Source of the DNA: a virus
Lineage: Duplodnaviria; Heunggongvirae; Uroviricota; Caudoviricetes
DNA: 64,000 bases
Virus record (IMG/VR): IMGVR_UViG_3300042905_002309
Span: 32,001-96,000 of that record
Direction: 5' to 3' (one strand)
The notes beneath the pieces were generated by a model that was not told the origin of the DNA, ran no database searches, and saw nothing but the letters and a program-made list of their open reading frames with translations. A program made the translations under genes and the position numbers. Below, piece after piece: positions 54,474 through 64,000 of the stretch. Within the stretch, counting starts at the first letter, position 1, and every line of letters starts with the position of its first letter.

Positions 54474-55382
54474 TTACAATGTCATATTCGGACCTTTTGT
54501 ATAGGTCTTAATATCACCACCAATAGCTTGTTTAGTTTTATTCCACATTCTACTAAGCGTATCACCTTTTTCTTCTTGTTTATCATATTCTAAAGCTTTT
54601 GCTCTAGTAATATAAATGATTTTAGGTAATTTCGAATTTGCTTGTTCTTGTCGTTTAATATAATCCATCATTGATAATTGGGCAGTTCTCATATTAATAA
54701 TAGGTTCACCTAACTTAGTTTTAATACTATATTTTGCTCTTGATCTAATTTCCATATCAACAAAGTCACTTATTTTTGCATAATTTTGATTTTGTTGATG
54801 TATAACACCAGCAAAAGTTTTATATATTAATAATGGTAACGTTGTATATCCTGCATTAAAGGTTGTTGTATCAGTTATAGCTGGATTACCTTTTATTGTG
54901 CCATCTTCGTCAAATGGTTCACTTATTGCTGCTAATTGACTTTCTAATAATTCTAATAAACGTGTGAGTATAGTCTTACGTTTAGTATAAGTCGCTATGT
55001 TAGCTCTATGACGTTTAGAATTTGCTGTATTTAGATTAATGATAGCACGTTCTAGGTGATCTTGTACATACTCAATCTTTTTCTGTAAATAACCTGTCTC
55101 ATTATTAAATGCATTTTCACGATTTTTAAGTTTATATCCCTTACCTAATGCATCTAAACTTTCACTTCCACCTACCAAATAAAATACACTACTAGCGTTA
55201 TACTTTTCCGCCTTTTTAAATCCTATCCAATCATTACCTCTACCCTTTTTACTCCAATAAGCTTCAAGACTACCCAAAAGATCAAGAGGATTAGATACAG
55301 CAGGAGTACCATCAGCTTCTAATAAAACTGATGGCTCTATGCATTTCTTGGTCTTTTCGATGCTTTGGTTGAACTTATCCAT
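54474..55382 (-). CDS. Hypothetical protein
   Basis: 302-aa ORF, LLEAD motif near N-terminus. Confidence 0.6.
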   Translation of the reverse strand: MDKFNQSIEKTKKCIEPSVLLEADGTPAVSNPLDLLGSLEAYWSKKGRGNDWIGFKKAEKYNASSVFYLVGGSESLDALGKGYKLKNRENAFNNETGYLQKKIEYVQDHLERAIINLNTANSKRHRANIATYTKRKTILTRLLELLESQLAAISEPFDEDGTIKGNPAITDTTTFNAGYTTLPLLIYKTFAGVIHQQNQNYAKISDFVDMEIRSRAKYSIKTKLGEPIINMRTAQLSMMDYIKRQEQANSKLPKIIYITRAKALEYDKQEEKGDTLSRMWNKTKQAIGGDIKTYTKGPNMTL

Positions 55383-55894
55383 TAATCACCATAATCATAG
55401 TTTTCAGGATCAGCAAATGGGTCTTCTTCAATTTCAGGATTTACACCAAGGGCTTTGGCTTCTTCTGATGACATACTTCCAAGTTGTCTACCTTCACCAG
55501 CACCACCCTCTTCATCTCTATGACCCTTCATTCCAGATGGAGTCTCTTCTTTTGCAAGATTCTTCTCGTACTGATGCTGATCATAAAACTTCTCAACTTC
55601 ATCAAAAGCTGCTGATGGTGAAATTTGACCGTTCTTAACCTGTCCAACAAGTCCCATACCAATCAAAAGCTTAGAATAATTCTTGCGTTCATCATGTGAT
55701 AAATCCACTGATTGCAATGCAAGTACTTCGTGTGCGTCAAACATGTCTTTAGGTCTGTACTTTCTTGACAAGATTGTAGCAACATCTACATCTGCACCTT
55801 CTGCTTCATCTGCAATATCTCCACCTTCAACAGGGGTTGGTTCTGCTGTTAAAGCCTCATTTACCATAATTTTATACAATTGATCAAATTTCAT
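55382..55894 (-). CDS. Hypothetical acidic protein
   Basis: MKFDQLYKIMVNEA N-terminus. Confidence 0.6.
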   Translation of the reverse strand: MKFDQLYKIMVNEALTAEPTPVEGGDIADEAEGADVDVATILSRKYRPKDMFDAHEVLALQSVDLSHDERKNYSKLLIGMGLVGQVKNGQISPSAAFDEVEKFYDQHQYEKNLAKEETPSGMKGHRDEEGGAGEGRQLGSMSSEEAKALGVNPEIEEDPFADPENYDYGD

Positions 55895-55917
55895 GTGTTA
55901 TTCTCCATTTTAATTAT

Positions 55918-56529
55918 TTATTGAATTGCTTCACTAATAAGCGAATCTTTCTCAGAATAAGCTTCACCATCAGGAGTTAAATATAATTTAATTTGCTCTA
56001 TCTTCTCTGGAATACTACCAAAAATCTCAATCATAGGACAAGAACCACCGACTTCATTGAACGGAAATATCCAACTTCGTCCCTTTGTATACGATTCTAA
56101 GATAACACTGTAGAAATTATCACATTCTACATCCTTTTGTTCAACTTTAGCATCATTCTCACCTTTTGCCATGAGTGGAAAATATAATAATACATCATAA
56201 AATGACATACACTGCTTTGTCAACATAATAGCTCTTTGGATCGTAATATCATCAAATCCTGCTTCATCTTTCGAAGCTTTCCAGAAAATATCCACCAAAC
56301 TATCCAAAGATGTATTTAAATGCACTACATTCTTTGTTTTATTATACTCCATTGCTTTATCAATTCTGGCATTTAAAACTTTTAGTTGATCTTTTACTAC
56401 ATCGTCAGGATCACCGAAAGTTAATACAGAACTACCGAAATCGATTTTATAACTAGGCCAAACTTTCTTGAATGCATCAATAAATTCTGCCTGATCTGAT
56501 TGTTTTACTCCACAAAATCCTATTCTCAT
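55918..56529 (-). CDS. Nucleotide-kinase-like protein with degenerate P-loop
   Basis: MRIGFCG...; LD..V; YDVLLYFP; GS..E.I layout of AAA_28/dNMP kinases but no GKT. Confidence 0.45.
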   Translation of the reverse strand: MRIGFCGVKQSDQAEFIDAFKKVWPSYKIDFGSSVLTFGDPDDVVKDQLKVLNARIDKAMEYNKTKNVVHLNTSLDSLVDIFWKASKDEAGFDDITIQRAIMLTKQCMSFYDVLLYFPLMAKGENDAKVEQKDVECDNFYSVILESYTKGRSWIFPFNEVGGSCPMIEIFGSIPEKIEQIKLYLTPDGEAYSEKDSLISEAIQ

Positions 56530-56572
56530 AATTTGTTTCCTTTACAAGAATTTATCATACTTTGTGGATTAA

Positions 56573-57130
56573 TCAAGTATAATCCTCAGATGTTAAACTT
56601 AATGCTAGTGATAAATCTTTATAAGCATCTTCTGCATTGTCAACAGTTACTTCTTTATATTTTGAAGCAATTTCAGGATTTACTTCGACAGATGATTTAT
56701 CAAACATAGCTTTCCAAGCTAATTTAATCAATTCAAGCTTTTCACCAACTTCAACACCACCTTTTCCACCTTTACCAAAGTTTTTATTAAAATGTCTGTT
56801 GGCAGTAGGTGGTAAACGCTTCTGAATATCTTGTAAAACTTTATCTGCATTATGAATGTTTATTTGATCTGCATTAGTGATCAACATTTTACTCAAATTT
56901 GGTTCAGGTTCGATGTAAGCAGAAACGGCTGTTTGAATTAAAGCTGCTCGTGCTTGAGATGTTGGTTCTTTTTCAACTGGTTCAGGTGCAGGAGCTTCTG
57001 GTGCAGGATTTTCGGCAGGAGCTTCTGTTGCTGCTGGTGCAGTTCCCATATCGGGTGCTGGATTCACTGTAGGTAAATCAGCTTCCAATAACATCTTAAA
57101 TTGTTCGATTAATGTGTCAAATTTACTCAT
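56573..57130 (-). CDS. Hypothetical protein
   Basis: MSKFDTLIEQFKMLLEAD; internal two-fold repeat. Confidence 0.6.
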   Translation of the reverse strand: MSKFDTLIEQFKMLLEADLPTVNPAPDMGTAPAATEAPAENPAPEAPAPEPVEKEPTSQARAALIQTAVSAYIEPEPNLSKMLITNADQINIHNADKVLQDIQKRLPPTANRHFNKNFGKGGKGGVEVGEKLELIKLAWKAMFDKSSVEVNPEIASKYKEVTVDNAEDAYKDLSLALSLTSEDYT

Positions 57131-57685
57131 TTAGACTCCTGTTGTGGGTGCTGGTGCGACTGTGCCAGTTGGTGCAGGTGTGGCAGGTGCTTTTGCTTTT
57201 AATTTTGTAAGATAATCAGAAAAAGTCTTCTGCATAGTCGTATCACCCATAATTTTATCCATAACACTTGGAAGATTTTCGGCTGTTATACCATCTGCAA
57301 CAACGGGTTGACCAGTTTTTGCATCAGTTGGAACAACATTTTGTTTTGGAACACCAGATGTACCCGGTGAAGATGCTGCTGTAGGTGCTGTTACTGGCAC
57401 AGTTGGTGTTATTGCTCTACCTGTTTTTGGATCAATTTGTGGTGTCGTAGGGGAATTTGGTTGAGTTTCTGTGGTTGCTGGTGATCCTGCAATTGGTGAT
57501 ACCGCAGCTTGTCCAGCACCAGTTGTAGCACTAGTGGTGGTATTCGGTGTTGATTGTGCCACTACAGGTTGACCTGTCTTGGGATCAATTTGCGTTGCTG
57601 TTTTAGGTGCGTTAGGTGCTGATACTTGTCCTACAGCTTCATAAATCTTCATTTTTTGTTCAATAGCTCTGTCAAATTTTCTCAT
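57131..57685 (-). CDS. Low-complexity T/P/A-rich protein
   Basis: QIDPKTG-type repeat three times. Confidence 0.6.
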   Translation of the reverse strand: MRKFDRAIEQKMKIYEAVGQVSAPNAPKTATQIDPKTGQPVVAQSTPNTTTSATTGAGQAAVSPIAGSPATTETQPNSPTTPQIDPKTGRAITPTVPVTAPTAASSPGTSGVPKQNVVPTDAKTGQPVVADGITAENLPSVMDKIMGDTTMQKTFSDYLTKLKAKAPATPAPTGTVAPAPTTGV

Positions 57686-57874
57686 AAATTTCTCCTGTGT
57701 TTAAAGTATTTATCAAATGTTCTGCTAAATTACAACTCCAAAAGTATATCTTTGGTATTCTCTGAGCAAAGCGCAGCGTTTATTCAGCTTTGAAAATTGA
57801 AAACCTTTTCTTCATTCTTTCTTTCTCTTTTTCTTTATACTTTCTTATTCTCTTTCTTTCTTACTTCTTTGGGA

Positions 57875-57993
57875 AAGCTTTATAACAGCTTTATAAAGCT
57901 TTATACAGCTTTACAAAAATTTATACAGCTTTATAAAGCTTTGTGCTTTAATTCTTAAAGCTATTATGTATTTATAAAGCTTTAAGGGCTTTA
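57875..57993. repeat. Tandem ~10-bp AGCTTTATA repeats in non-coding gap
   Basis: About ten imperfect copies following a CT-rich tract. Confidence 0.8.
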
Positions 57994-57995
57994 TT

Positions 57996-58436
57996 TCATA
58001 GTCTGAACTGGTGGATCGAATGAAAGACTTGTGCGACAAGATCAGGATTCGTCATGAAGGTGTCTCGTTTGCCCAAGAATATTAGATCGGGGTGCGACCT
58101 AGACAAGGACTTGAGTACACCCCTCAAACATTTTCTAAGGCATGAGATATCCACATATTCATATATGCACATATTCGGATTATTGAATATGTTATCCTCA
58201 CGCAAAATGTCGGGAAATGCGACAAATACTTCTTTGATGGTTGGATCAGCAGGTTTATGTTGAATTAAATAATAAATCACAAAATTCGTAAAAAGTTGTT
58301 TTGCTTCACGATTGCGTAAATTAATTTTACCATTTTCGAATAGATTATATGCGTAAATAGAATCCATAATTGTGTTATGGATTTTTTCACGATAAAAATG
58401 ATCAAAATCTATTAATTTAATACTCTGACTTAACAT
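57996..58436 (-). CDS. Hypothetical protein
   Basis: 146-aa ORF. Confidence 0.55.
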   Translation of the reverse strand: MLSQSIKLIDFDHFYREKIHNTIMDSIYAYNLFENGKINLRNREAKQLFTNFVIYYLIQHKPADPTIKEVFVAFPDILREDNIFNNPNMCIYEYVDISCLRKCLRGVLKSLSRSHPDLIFLGKRDTFMTNPDLVAQVFHSIHQFRL

Positions 58437-58453
58437 GCTAACAGTATAGCAGT

Positions 58454-58915
58454 TTACATGAAAGATTCAAGTACTATTTTCTCGATGAGTTCTGTTGGAA
58501 GATGTTGGGAATTAGCTTCTTGTAAACACTGTTTAAAATGTTTAGCAATAATGGATAATTCATGTTTGAAGGCTAATTCCTTTTCGTATAATTCGATAGG
58601 AAGTTTTGAAACATCTGTAGCCTTTTCAAGGTAAATATTATGGTTTAAAAGTTCTGTTTTAGAACCAAGCATTTTCTTAACTTTGGTGATATAAGAATCG
58701 ATTGAAGTGTAGGATAATTTTTCTTCAAGTGTTACGGGTTTGTGAATTAAATTACCATTTGCATCAATAACGCCAAGTTTGAATGCATCAGTATTTTTAA
58801 ATGGTTCAGCCAATTTTTTCATAACATATGCAGTTAAAAACGCCTCATTGAGATTGAGTGTTGGATTACTTGCATCACTTTTGCCACATAAAAGACATTT
58901 TTCGTTACTTTTCAT
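58454..58915 (-). CDS. Conserved T4-like hypothetical protein
   Basis: PF..TDAFKLGVID.NG motif. Confidence 0.65.
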   Translation of the reverse strand: MKSNEKCLLCGKSDASNPTLNLNEAFLTAYVMKKLAEPFKNTDAFKLGVIDANGNLIHKPVTLEEKLSYTSIDSYITKVKKMLGSKTELLNHNIYLEKATDVSKLPIELYEKELAFKHELSIIAKHFKQCLQEANSQHLPTELIEKIVLESFM

Positions 58916-59357
58916 CGATTATTTCCTTCGCTTCGTTTAAAGTATTTAGAGTTTTTGTTAGATTTTCGATCAAAATTTGCATAGATTCTATCGTAAGTTC
59001 GACAGGTGTGTTATAAACTTGCAATAAGTAAGCATAACGTTCAGGATATTTCTTCATGAACCAATCTGAGAAAATAATACCACCCTTATGTGCGCCAGTG
59101 GCACTAAATTTATGACAATAACAACATAAACTTACAGAATTTAAAATATCCCAAGATAATGCATAATTTTCTCGTCCTATAACATGGTGAGAATTTAATA
59201 TGGTAGGTTTACCCCTTATATTAATTTCTTTATATTTTATTCCACAAAGTTCGCAATAACCTTTATGTCTTCCTATTAACGACCATAATTTCCATGCGTG
59301 TTTTTTTAGTTTTGAAATTGATATTTTTTTATTTATTTTTTTTGGCATATGGTCCAC
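58905..59357 (-). CDS. HNH nuclease (NinG-like)
   Basis: CELCG...SHHVIGR...N...LC..CH. Confidence 0.7.
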   Translation of the reverse strand: MDHMPKKINKKISISKLKKHAWKLWSLIGRHKGYCELCGIKYKEINIRGKPTILNSHHVIGRENYALSWDILNSVSLCCYCHKFSATGAHKGGIIFSDWFMKKYPERYAYLLQVYNTPVELTIESMQILIENLTKTLNTLNEAKEIIDEK

Positions 59358-59580
59358 GTTTCTTTCCTAGTTGCAATTCTGATCTTTTATGGCATACCTC
59401 TAATGATCTAATTTTACCTTTATTTAAATTATATGCATTTTGTAAAAAAGAATTAGTATGTTTATTATAATATAACGAATGTTTATGAGCATTAATACGT
59501 TTTCTACAATCGATACTCTGACCAATATAACACTTATTATTGATTGTATTTGTTATTTTGTATATACCACATATCTTCAT
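59329..59580 (-). pseudogene. Truncated GIY-YIG endonuclease
   Basis: GIYKITN..N.KCYIGQS...R...H...H.N..LQ.AYN, then similarity is lost. Confidence 0.6.
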
Positions 59581-59595
59581 GACAATTATTTAGAA

Positions 59596-60747
59596 TTAAA
59601 TACCTAAAGTCAATTGTCCACCAGTACCTGCGGGTGTGCCATCAATAACGGGTTTAGGGCCACCAACCGATGGAGCAGGATTAGTTCTGTGTGAAAATCT
59701 TGAATCAATTTTATCTTTAATTTCTGGTGTTAATTCTACTGCATCAAAGTTACCCCAATTTGATTTACCTTGTGCTAACATTTTCTTACGATAAATTGCA
59801 ATAGCTTGTAAAGGATTAAATGCCCAAGAAACAGCATAACCACGATAGTCTCTATCAGATGAACCATCTCTGAGTGATATACCATCTTTTCTGATTAAAA
59901 ATGGAGTTTTGGATACGAGAGCTTCATTTAAACGTTTTAAATATTCATGACCTTCTGGTAGACATTTTACTTTATAACCAATACCATATTTTTCCATACT
60001 TCTTGCAACAGGACCACCTCTACCTTTGGCAATATCATCTGGTGAACTTACTGCAAATACAACAACATTTTTATTATCTAAAATTAATCGTTCACCAACT
60101 TTTGGTGGATTTACCCCAACAGGAATATCAAGCGTAAAATATTGACTACCATAACTTTCAGGAGTTGATGTTAAAAATTTGTTATACTCTTTTGACTCAC
60201 GCACAAGCGTTCTGCGAATCATAGGAGTTTTCTGTTTCTTCTTTTTACCCTTACCCTTCGAACCAAATCCTAAAATCTTAGGCATACGAGCATCACCGGG
60301 TGCGTAATTATCACCACTAAATGGTGTAGCTGTAGTTACAACATTAGGGCCAAACATACTACCAGCACCACCTGCCATTGTGTTTTCTTTTAAATCTTTT
60401 GCATCCATTTCAGCAACCATATCTTTAAAACTCTGCTTAACACCCCTTTTAAGTTTGCCTTCCATTTTGTCCAATTCTTTGTAATAATCGGAACCGATTT
60501 TAGAGTCTTTCTTCTTCGGAAATTCGGCTGTATGCTGTTTTGCAATTTTTTCGGCTTTTTTCTGATCATCGGTGTGCTCTTTTTCTATTTTAGAACCTTT
60601 TTTAATCATTTTAGGATCGAAATCTGAGGTTTTAGTGCCTAATAGGTCTACTACTTCATTTAAATGTGCTTTAAAAATGTCTAAAAATTTCATTGACTTA
60701 TCCTCTTTTCGTGATACTATGAAACTATTTAGTAGGAGAATAAACAA
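59596..60747 (-). CDS. Multi-segment protein with DUF5661-like EHT domain and gp23 N-arm copy
   Basis: G.KIEKEHT....A..IA..H..E.P...YY; SGDNYAPGDAR.PK shared with gp23; probable start MKFLD. Confidence 0.7.
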   Translation of the reverse strand: MFILLLNSFIVSRKEDKSMKFLDIFKAHLNEVVDLLGTKTSDFDPKMIKKGSKIEKEHTDDQKKAEKIAKQHTAEFPKKKDSKIGSDYYKELDKMEGKLKRGVKQSFKDMVAEMDAKDLKENTMAGGAGSMFGPNVVTTATPFSGDNYAPGDARMPKILGFGSKGKGKKKKQKTPMIRRTLVRESKEYNKFLTSTPESYGSQYFTLDIPVGVNPPKVGERLILDNKNVVVFAVSSPDDIAKGRGGPVARSMEKYGIGYKVKCLPEGHEYLKRLNEALVSKTPFLIRKDGISLRDGSSDRDYRGYAVSWAFNPLQAIAIYRKKMLAQGKSNWGNFDAVELTPEIKDKIDSRFSHRTNPAPSVGGPKPVIDGTPAGTGGQLTLGI

Positions 60748-60939
60748 ATGAGTAAAACAAATGCTGATTTTTGGATGGAAGACGTTACTACGATTTCTTT
60801 AAAAGCTATGGAAGTCATTGAAGAAGCACTTAAAGAGTACGGAATAACGTTAGAAGCTGGTGTAGATGATGAAATTTATTTACCTATGTTTTCTGTATTA
60901 GAACGTTTATCGAATGGGAATTATAGACATGAACACTAA
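60748..60939 (+). CDS. Hypothetical protein
   Basis: AGGAG RBS, 63 aa. Confidence 0.55.
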   Translation: MSKTNADFWMEDVTTISLKAMEVIEEALKEYGITLEAGVDDEIYLPMFSVLERLSNGNYRHEH

Positions 60940-61159
60940 AAAGACTCCCATGAGGGCTTTAAAAATCGTTTTTAATGATGGTACTGATCCAAAAGAGATC
61001 GAGATTGGTAAATATACACAGATTCTCAAACCACTTAACAAAGTATTATTTCACATGGATAAACTTGATGATGGTAAAATCCTTTTGATTGTAGGTGCAG
61101 ATTTTGTGGAAGACTTTCGTAAAGTCGATAGAATTGAAGTAGTAAGGAATGACATATGA
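60914..61159 (+). CDS. Hypothetical protein
   Basis: ORF in operon. Confidence 0.5.
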   Translation: MGIIDMNTKKTPMRALKIVFNDGTDPKEIEIGKYTQILKPLNKVLFHMDKLDDGKILLIVGADFVEDFRKVDRIEVVRNDI

Positions 61160-61563
61160 GTACACTTAAAGAAACGTTAGCAAAATACACAGCAGAGATA
61201 AATGAAGACATACATTTAGATAGAGTAAATGTGTCGGATATGGTTTTAAAGGTACCCGGAATTAAACATAAATGGGTTGCACGTTTAATGAATCATAAAG
61301 CAGATGTATTAGAATTAATTGAAGCACGAGAGACAGCAATTTCACATCTTATTAAGAAAATTAAATCCGAATCACCAGTAACCATCAACGATTTACTTGC
61401 CAGTAAAGAAGCTGAAAGACATGAATTAATCACTAAAGTCGATAAAGAAATGCGTGATCAGCGTAATATTATCGAATATCTTGAAAAGGTAGAAAAACTC
61501 ATGTCACAGATTACTTTTGATATTAAAAATCTCACTGAATTAAATAAACAAGAGACAATGTAG
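61156..61563 (+). CDS. uvsY: Recombination mediator UvsY
   Basis: D..LD......P..KHKW, YLE, FDIKN; upstream of uvsW. Confidence 0.8.
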   Translation: MSTLKETLAKYTAEINEDIHLDRVNVSDMVLKVPGIKHKWVARLMNHKADVLELIEARETAISHLIKKIKSESPVTINDLLASKEAERHELITKVDKEMRDQRNIIEYLEKVEKLMSQITFDIKNLTELNKQETM

Positions 61564-61607
61564 TAAATAATTCTTGACTTCTTATTTTTGTATGTTAATA
61601 TATAGAA

Positions 61608-63257
61608 ATGCACATAGTAATAGATTTAGATTCAGTAAGGGATAAAGGCATTATAAAGAGTGATTCACTCGATATGATACGTGAATTCTTTTCTGAGGCT
61701 GACCCAAAGGCCAGTTTGATGAAGAATCTTTACAAATCAAAGGCACGTTTTATACCATCACGAAAGTATGCTATTACAGAAGCAGGACGTTTTGAATTAG
61801 GTTTATTGGTTGATATAATCAATTACATAAAGAGTTTAAATGCCCCATTCAGAATTATATTTTCTGAACAATTTAAAGCTCGTTATCTATCAGCATATCC
61901 CTTTGCAGAAGAACCATTAACAAAATTGAGTTTGGAATTATATGATTTCCAGCGTATAGGTGTAGTTAAAGCATTGAAGAATGGAAATGGATTACTTATT
62001 GAACCTACTGGTGCAGGTAAGACTTTAATGCAAGGAACTATTATTGCTACTGTAATGGCTCACAAACCAGAAAGCAGAGTATTATTAATCACACTCACAC
62101 ATTTAATTGACCAAATTTACAACGAATTGGTATCATACGGTATTGATCCAATTAATATTTCAAGATGGTCTGGTGGACACGAATTAGATCGTAGTAAAAG
62201 TATTGTAATATGTGGACCAAATATTCTTTACAGTAAAATAGATAATGTAGAACTTGAGATGAAAAAGGTGAAGATTATTTTTCTTACTATGAAAAAAACC
62301 TATGATACAGATCAAAGTCTATCACCTGCCGCTAAATCGAAGTTACAACTACAAATGCGTGAAGCGAAGGATAAACTTGAGTCACTTGAAGTGAAACTTA
62401 CAGAGAATAAAGTTATCCATAATTTCCTTGGTGAGATTGATTTACTTATTGCAGATGAAATCCATTCATGGAAAAAGGACGGAGAAATCACCAACGTTTT
62501 GAAGTACATAAACACACGTAATCGCTTCGGGTTTACTGGCACGTTACCAGAAATGAAGATCGATCAATGGAGTATTATTGGACATTTTGGCCCTATTGTC
62601 CATGAATCTAAACGTGAACAACTTGTAGCTGATAAACACATTTCTGATACAGATGTACGTATTATATTATTAGAGCATAAGAGTCCACCAAACTTCAAGC
62701 CACCACATATAAGTGAGCGTGAGGAAGATGAAACTTCAACGGAATATTATGAACGTGAATTGGAGTATATTCATCATAACGTATTCAGAAACAATGTAAT
62801 TAAAAAGATTGCCGATAAAACTGCAAAGAACACATTAATTTTGATAGATCGTCTTGAACATGGTGATTATCTATATGAATTTTTGAAATCAAATTTACCT
62901 AATAAAGAGGTTTATTATATTAAAGGAGAAGTTGAAGATGAGGAACGTTCAAAGATAACCGCTTTAATGGAGAAGCAAGACAACGTTGTTTGTATTGCTA
63001 TGTCGAGAATATTCAGCACAGGTGTAAACATCAAAAACTTGCATTATATTGTGTTCACTTCGGCAGGAAAAGCCAAAGTAAAAAACATTCAGAGTATCGG
63101 GCGTGGAGTCCGTAAGTTAGAGGGTAAGATTAAGGTAGTTATTTTCGATTTATGCGATAACCTTTTCTACTCTATGAGACATTTAGATCAAAGGACTAAA
63201 GTATATGACAATGACCAAATCAGTTACCAAATCACCAAAATTAAAGAAAGTACTTAA
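61608..63257 (+). CDS. uvsW: SF2 DNA helicase UvsW
   Basis: PTGAGKT, DEIH, GFTGT, FSTGVNIKNLH, QSIGRG.R. Confidence 0.93.
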   Translation: MHIVIDLDSVRDKGIIKSDSLDMIREFFSEADPKASLMKNLYKSKARFIPSRKYAITEAGRFELGLLVDIINYIKSLNAPFRIIFSEQFKARYLSAYPFAEEPLTKLSLELYDFQRIGVVKALKNGNGLLIEPTGAGKTLMQGTIIATVMAHKPESRVLLITLTHLIDQIYNELVSYGIDPINISRWSGGHELDRSKSIVICGPNILYSKIDNVELEMKKVKIIFLTMKKTYDTDQSLSPAAKSKLQLQMREAKDKLESLEVKLTENKVIHNFLGEIDLLIADEIHSWKKDGEITNVLKYINTRNRFGFTGTLPEMKIDQWSIIGHFGPIVHESKREQLVADKHISDTDVRIILLEHKSPPNFKPPHISEREEDETSTEYYERELEYIHHNVFRNNVIKKIADKTAKNTLILIDRLEHGDYLYEFLKSNLPNKEVYYIKGEVEDEERSKITALMEKQDNVVCIAMSRIFSTGVNIKNLHYIVFTSAGKAKVKNIQSIGRGVRKLEGKIKVVIFDLCDNLFYSMRHLDQRTKVYDNDQISYQITKIKEST

Positions 63258-63867
63258 AGTAAAGACGCTTAAATTATCAGCAGGAACCAAGAGACATAAT
63301 AAAGTTATGGATTTTGATAAAGAAGTCTGTGTAGATAATTCTGTAGATGTAGACTATCATCTTTATGATCCAGAACATTTAGAAGAATCTGAAATAGTCC
63401 ATTCAGATGAAATTGAAGAAATTCCTGCTGCTGTTATTTCAAAAATTAAAAAGATTAAAATTAAAGAAGAAAAGAAAAAGTATTATGTGGATAATGATAC
63501 ATTTGAAACACTAATTCAGGACTTCTATGATACTGATAAATTCTCTGATGAATTGGCTATGATTCTGTATAATATTGCGAATCGTGTAGCATTTATGCCA
63601 AATTTCATCAATTATAGTTATAAAGATGAAATGATTGGGGATGGATTACTTAAAGAAATTCAGACTATTAAATCTAAGAAGTTTGATGTTAAACGTGGTA
63701 AAGCATTCAATTATTTTACTACAATCGTATGGAATGCATTTATTGGTCGAATTAAAAGTGAACAAAAAGAACACACACTTTTAAAGGAACATCAAGAGCG
63801 TGAATATGATATTTTAACTAGTGGAAGAAGAATCACAGTTAACGATCATGTAGATACTTGCGACTAA
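63205..63867 (+). CDS. gp55: Late-transcription sigma factor
   Basis: YVDN, IA......NFINYSYKDEMIGDG, F, AFNYFT.I..NAF..RI..E. Confidence 0.9.
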   Translation: MTMTKSVTKSPKLKKVLKVKTLKLSAGTKRHNKVMDFDKEVCVDNSVDVDYHLYDPEHLEESEIVHSDEIEEIPAAVISKIKKIKIKEEKKKYYVDNDTFETLIQDFYDTDKFSDELAMILYNIANRVAFMPNFINYSYKDEMIGDGLLKEIQTIKSKKFDVKRGKAFNYFTTIVWNAFIGRIKSEQKEHTLLKEHQEREYDILTSGRRITVNDHVDTCD

Positions 63868-63903
63868 GATTGACTTTATCGAATCTTTTGATATTATAGG
63901 GAC

Positions 63904-64000
63904 ATGATAAATATCTACAACCCAAAAATTGCTTTAATTTCTGACATCCATCTTGGAATTCATACTAACAGTGAGGTATGGCATAAGATTATGTTGGATT
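63904..64000 (+). CDS. gp47: Recombination nuclease subunit gp47 (Mre11/SbcD-like), partial
   Basis: MINIYNPKIALISDIHLG metallophosphoesterase motif I. Confidence 0.75.
   Translation, partial: MINIYNPKIALISDIHLGIHTNSEVWHKIMLD

Noticed and set aside
57875-57993. CRISPR array
   Set aside because: Repeats are ~10 bp and contiguous, with no spacers and no cas genes
1-64000. Stop-codon reassignment
   Set aside because: Core genes are full length in the standard code and no CTA, TTA or TCA anticodon tRNA was found

Overview
64-kb segment of a large, AT-rich T4-like myovirus read in the standard genetic code. It carries T4 core genes: gp25 (partial), clamp loader gp44/gp62, probable gp16, gp23, gp22, gp67-like, gp21, gp13, gp14, gp4, gp20, gp15, a GroES/gp31-like chaperonin, primase gp61, uvsY, uvsW, gp55 and gp47 (partial). 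It also has a class II ribonucleotide reductase, dCMP deaminase, a KamA-family radical SAM enzyme, several homing endonucleases, and two minus-strand tRNA operons (about 23 and 16 tRNA genes, all 20 amino acids) interspersed with structured ncRNAs. The best new-system candidate is a pair of leader-peptide attenuators, one per tRNA operon, whose codons match the tRNAs of their own operon. Each operon is also enclosed by a perfect long-range inverted repeat next to a boxA-like site. Other candidates: a Ro60/TROVE-like VWA protein with a family of CAGCAA stem RNAs (same motif in its own 5' UTR), a circularly permuted tRNA-like RNA, a splicease-like radical SAM enzyme with YG motifs in its own tail, a conserved RNA leader on three HNH genes, and proteins carrying copies of capsid N-terminal segments. 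All calls were made by eye without database searches; RNA coordinates may be off by a few bases.
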